DNA of 60,921 nt from Coniocarpon cinnabarinum (Eukaryota). How positions within the stretch are numbered: position 1 is the stretch's first letter; each line of letters begins with the position of its first letter. The translations under genes and the position numbers were made by a program. Under the pieces are notes generated by a model. That model saw only the letters and a list, made by a program, of their open reading frames with translations, was not told where the DNA came from and ran no database searches. The stretch is taken from positions 1-60,921 of the forward strand of contig JAVECO010000146.1 of NCBI GenBank assembly GCA_051942205.1, written 5' to 3'. This document shows, in pieces, positions 58,955 to 60,921 of this stretch.

Positions 58955-60214
58955 TCAAAGCTTTGTCGTTGAATCGCTCATACGCCTCACCGGACCGCTT
59001 GGTCCAGCCTCTCCTCCGTCGGGTAGGGTACGGCCGACTGATGACGCTCTAGTCGCCGAAGTACTTGGAGCAAGCCGAGACTGATTCTGCAGTCTGGCAC
59101 TTGTGAGCCATTGGAGTTGCATGCGCATGGAGCTGACGACAGCATTCAAGTGTGCCATGTCTTCCTTGAGCCTCAGGTTCTCGTTCATGATCATGACCGT
59201 TGCTCTTGCATCGAGGTCAGTCACCGAGCTGGAGACGCGCTCGAGCTCTTCTCGCAATGTTTCGTGTAGAGAGAGCAGATGATGGGTTGCTGAGTCGAAA
59301 GGCGCGTCCATCACTCCGGTCTCCGCGGCTGCCGCTCCGCCTGACCTTTCACCTCCGCGCTCGAGCTGAGTGGAGTATGCGGCATGCGTTCCATCAACCA
59401 CAGACTTTAGTGAGTCCAAGCCATTTTCTAAGATGACGTTGCGGTTACGCAGGCTATTGAGCGCTATTTCTTGCCGGTCCAGTCGAGCTGTCAGTCCACT
59501 TAAAGCAGGTAGCATCAAGCTCACGGGGCACGTTTTCTGGTGCTCCTGTATCGCCTCCCGCTTGTCTGTATATGAGCAGCCAGAGCTCGCGCCCTCACAT
59601 CGTACAATGCTCATGGCACAAACTTCCTCGTGTTGCTTACGTTCGCTCGCGACGAGATTATCTCCGCAATGAGGGCACAGCGCCTTCTTCACACTACATT
59701 CCCATGCGGTATGCTCAGGCACGTCGCGCAGCATCAACACCTCTTGACAATAGCCGCACGCTGTGGTCTGGTGCAAGCATTTCGCCCCGGCTCTGTGGCG
59801 TTCAATTTGCAACGAGCAGTCGCGCGCTGAGCACTCGACGAGCGCGTGGTCACAGTCTTTGTCGTAATGGTGCTGGACATCACCTCTACGCATGGTCTTT
59901 GCGCAACCCTTGCCATGCATCGGACATTTGACGAGCAGATCCTCGATCAAATGCTCCGCAAAGCGGGGCAAAGCTGTCGTGTTGTTTATACTAGATGAGG
60001 CTCTGCAGGACGGACACGTCTTAACAGCCTGCTGCTGGCTTTGGAACGTTCTTGATAGGCACTGCTGGCAGAACGTATGGTCGCAGGGCAGCCTCCTTCC
60101 GTCAATGAATGGACAGTGGCATATTGGACACATGAGATTCTTATCGTAGCCATCCAGATACTCTAGCAGCCGAATATCGACCGGCTGAGCACGTTGCTCA
60201 TCCCTAGACGCCAT
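58955..60214 (-). CDS. RING plus TRAF-type zinc-finger protein with a C-terminal coiled coil (probable E3 ligase)
   Basis: C3HC4 RING (CPICHCPF...CDHTFCQQC...CPSC), TRAF-type Cys/His repeats and a heptad region. No MATH domain is seen. It ends STTKL*. Confidence 0.88.
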   Translation of the reverse strand: MASRDEQRAQPVDIRLLEYLDGYDKNLMCPICHCPFIDGRRLPCDHTFCQQCLSRTFQSQQQAVKTCPSCRASSSINNTTALPRFAEHLIEDLLVKCPMHGKGCAKTMRRGDVQHHYDKDCDHALVECSARDCSLQIERHRAGAKCLHQTTACGYCQEVLMLRDVPEHTAWECSVKKALCPHCGDNLVASERKQHEEVCAMSIVRCEGASSGCSYTDKREAIQEHQKTCPVSLMLPALSGLTARLDRQEIALNSLRNRNVILENGLDSLKSVVDGTHAAYSTQLERGGERSGGAAAAETGVMDAPFDSATHHLLSLHETLREELERVSSSVTDLDARATVMIMNENLRLKEDMAHLNAVVSSMRMQLQWLTSARLQNQSRLAPSTSATRASSVGRTLPDGGEAGPSGPVRRMSDSTTKL

Positions 60215-60580
60215 CTTTGATTTCTCGTTCTGGACATGGACATCCAAAGCAATAGCGTGGGCAAGTGCAGCAGGTCATGGATCATGTCATCGTCGCTGCA
60301 GGTGGGGCCAGATTTTCAATTTCGGAATTGAGGTTTGGATGTTCTCGGGCTTGGGTCTCGTAGTCATGCCTTTGATCTATCAGTCCTTGCGAAGACAGCG
60401 GTGTGTTACTTCCGGAGGATTAAATAGAAGTTGAGAAACGGGTCCAGTTTCCAAAAATGGACTAGCGTGATCTCTGATATTAAGGTAGCTCCAAAAGCTT
60501 TGTAAAGGCTGTCCACGAAATTGCAGCGCAATCGCGACGGGCAAAACACTCTATTCCTTTGAGCTCTGGATTGACAAGTC

Positions 60581-60921
60581 ATGGACGATGACGACGACCT
60601 TTACGCCGGGTCGCGCCCAGCTAATCAAGCTGACAACGACGAGGAATCAGGCGAAGAAATAGAGTCCTCCGACTCCGACATCGACATCATCACAGAGCCC
60701 CAAAGTGCACCAGCACCACCACAACAAGCACAAGACCAGACACAATCACATCCGCAACACGCTCAGCAACAGCGACCGCCCTCGACATCCCTCGACCCCC
60801 GCCGCGCCTCCCACCAACGCGCCGACTCCCGCGCTTCGCAGAAACCACCTCCCTCATCCACGCCGCAACCACCACACCCACAACAGCATTCCCATCCCTC
60901 CGCACCCAAAGACAGCACCTC
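60581..60921 (+). CDS. FIP1: 5' part of the pre-mRNA polyadenylation factor Fip1 (truncated by the window edge)
   Basis: The acidic N-terminus MDDDDDLY...EESGEEIESSDSDIDIITE is typical of fungal Fip1. The Fip1 core domain lies outside the window. Confidence 0.65.
   Translation, partial: MDDDDDLYAGSRPANQADNDEESGEEIESSDSDIDIITEPQSAPAPPQQAQDQTQSHPQHAQQQRPPSTSLDPRRASHQRADSRASQKPPPSSTPQPPHPQQHSHPSAPKDST

Overview
Eukaryotic DNA from a filamentous ascomycete (Pezizomycotina). Dothideomycete affinity is a guess from the aldehyde dehydrogenase sequence. The window holds about 30 protein-coding genes, many with short spliceosomal introns that I resolved by hand. Most are housekeeping genes: UPF3, SIT4, an MCH1-type MFS transporter, aldA, XAP5, a Git3-type GPCR, a UCH, PI31, EXO84, the PP2A catalytic subunit, SHE9, TOM20, MRPS12, WDR48, SAM5, a TilS-like gene, a TRAF-RING gene and the FIP1 5' end. 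A fungal SRP RNA gene lies at about 19205-19453. Four things stand out. (1) An island at about 53.2-57.0 kb carries three tandem paralogs of an unrecognised 127-146 aa protein, two apparently intact and one a pseudogene. Each intact copy sits behind its own degenerate ~55-bp tandem-repeat array, and the non-coding DNA appears better conserved than the proteins. (2) A four-exon, 560-aa gene joins a mitochondrial-presequence-like N-terminus and one TM helix to a retropepsin-type (DTG) aspartic protease. (3) The SRP RNA gene has a perfect B-box downstream of its terminator. (4) Seven of 30 modelled coding introns need AAG or GAG acceptors. All calls rest on manual reading and recalled family motifs; no database searches were run.
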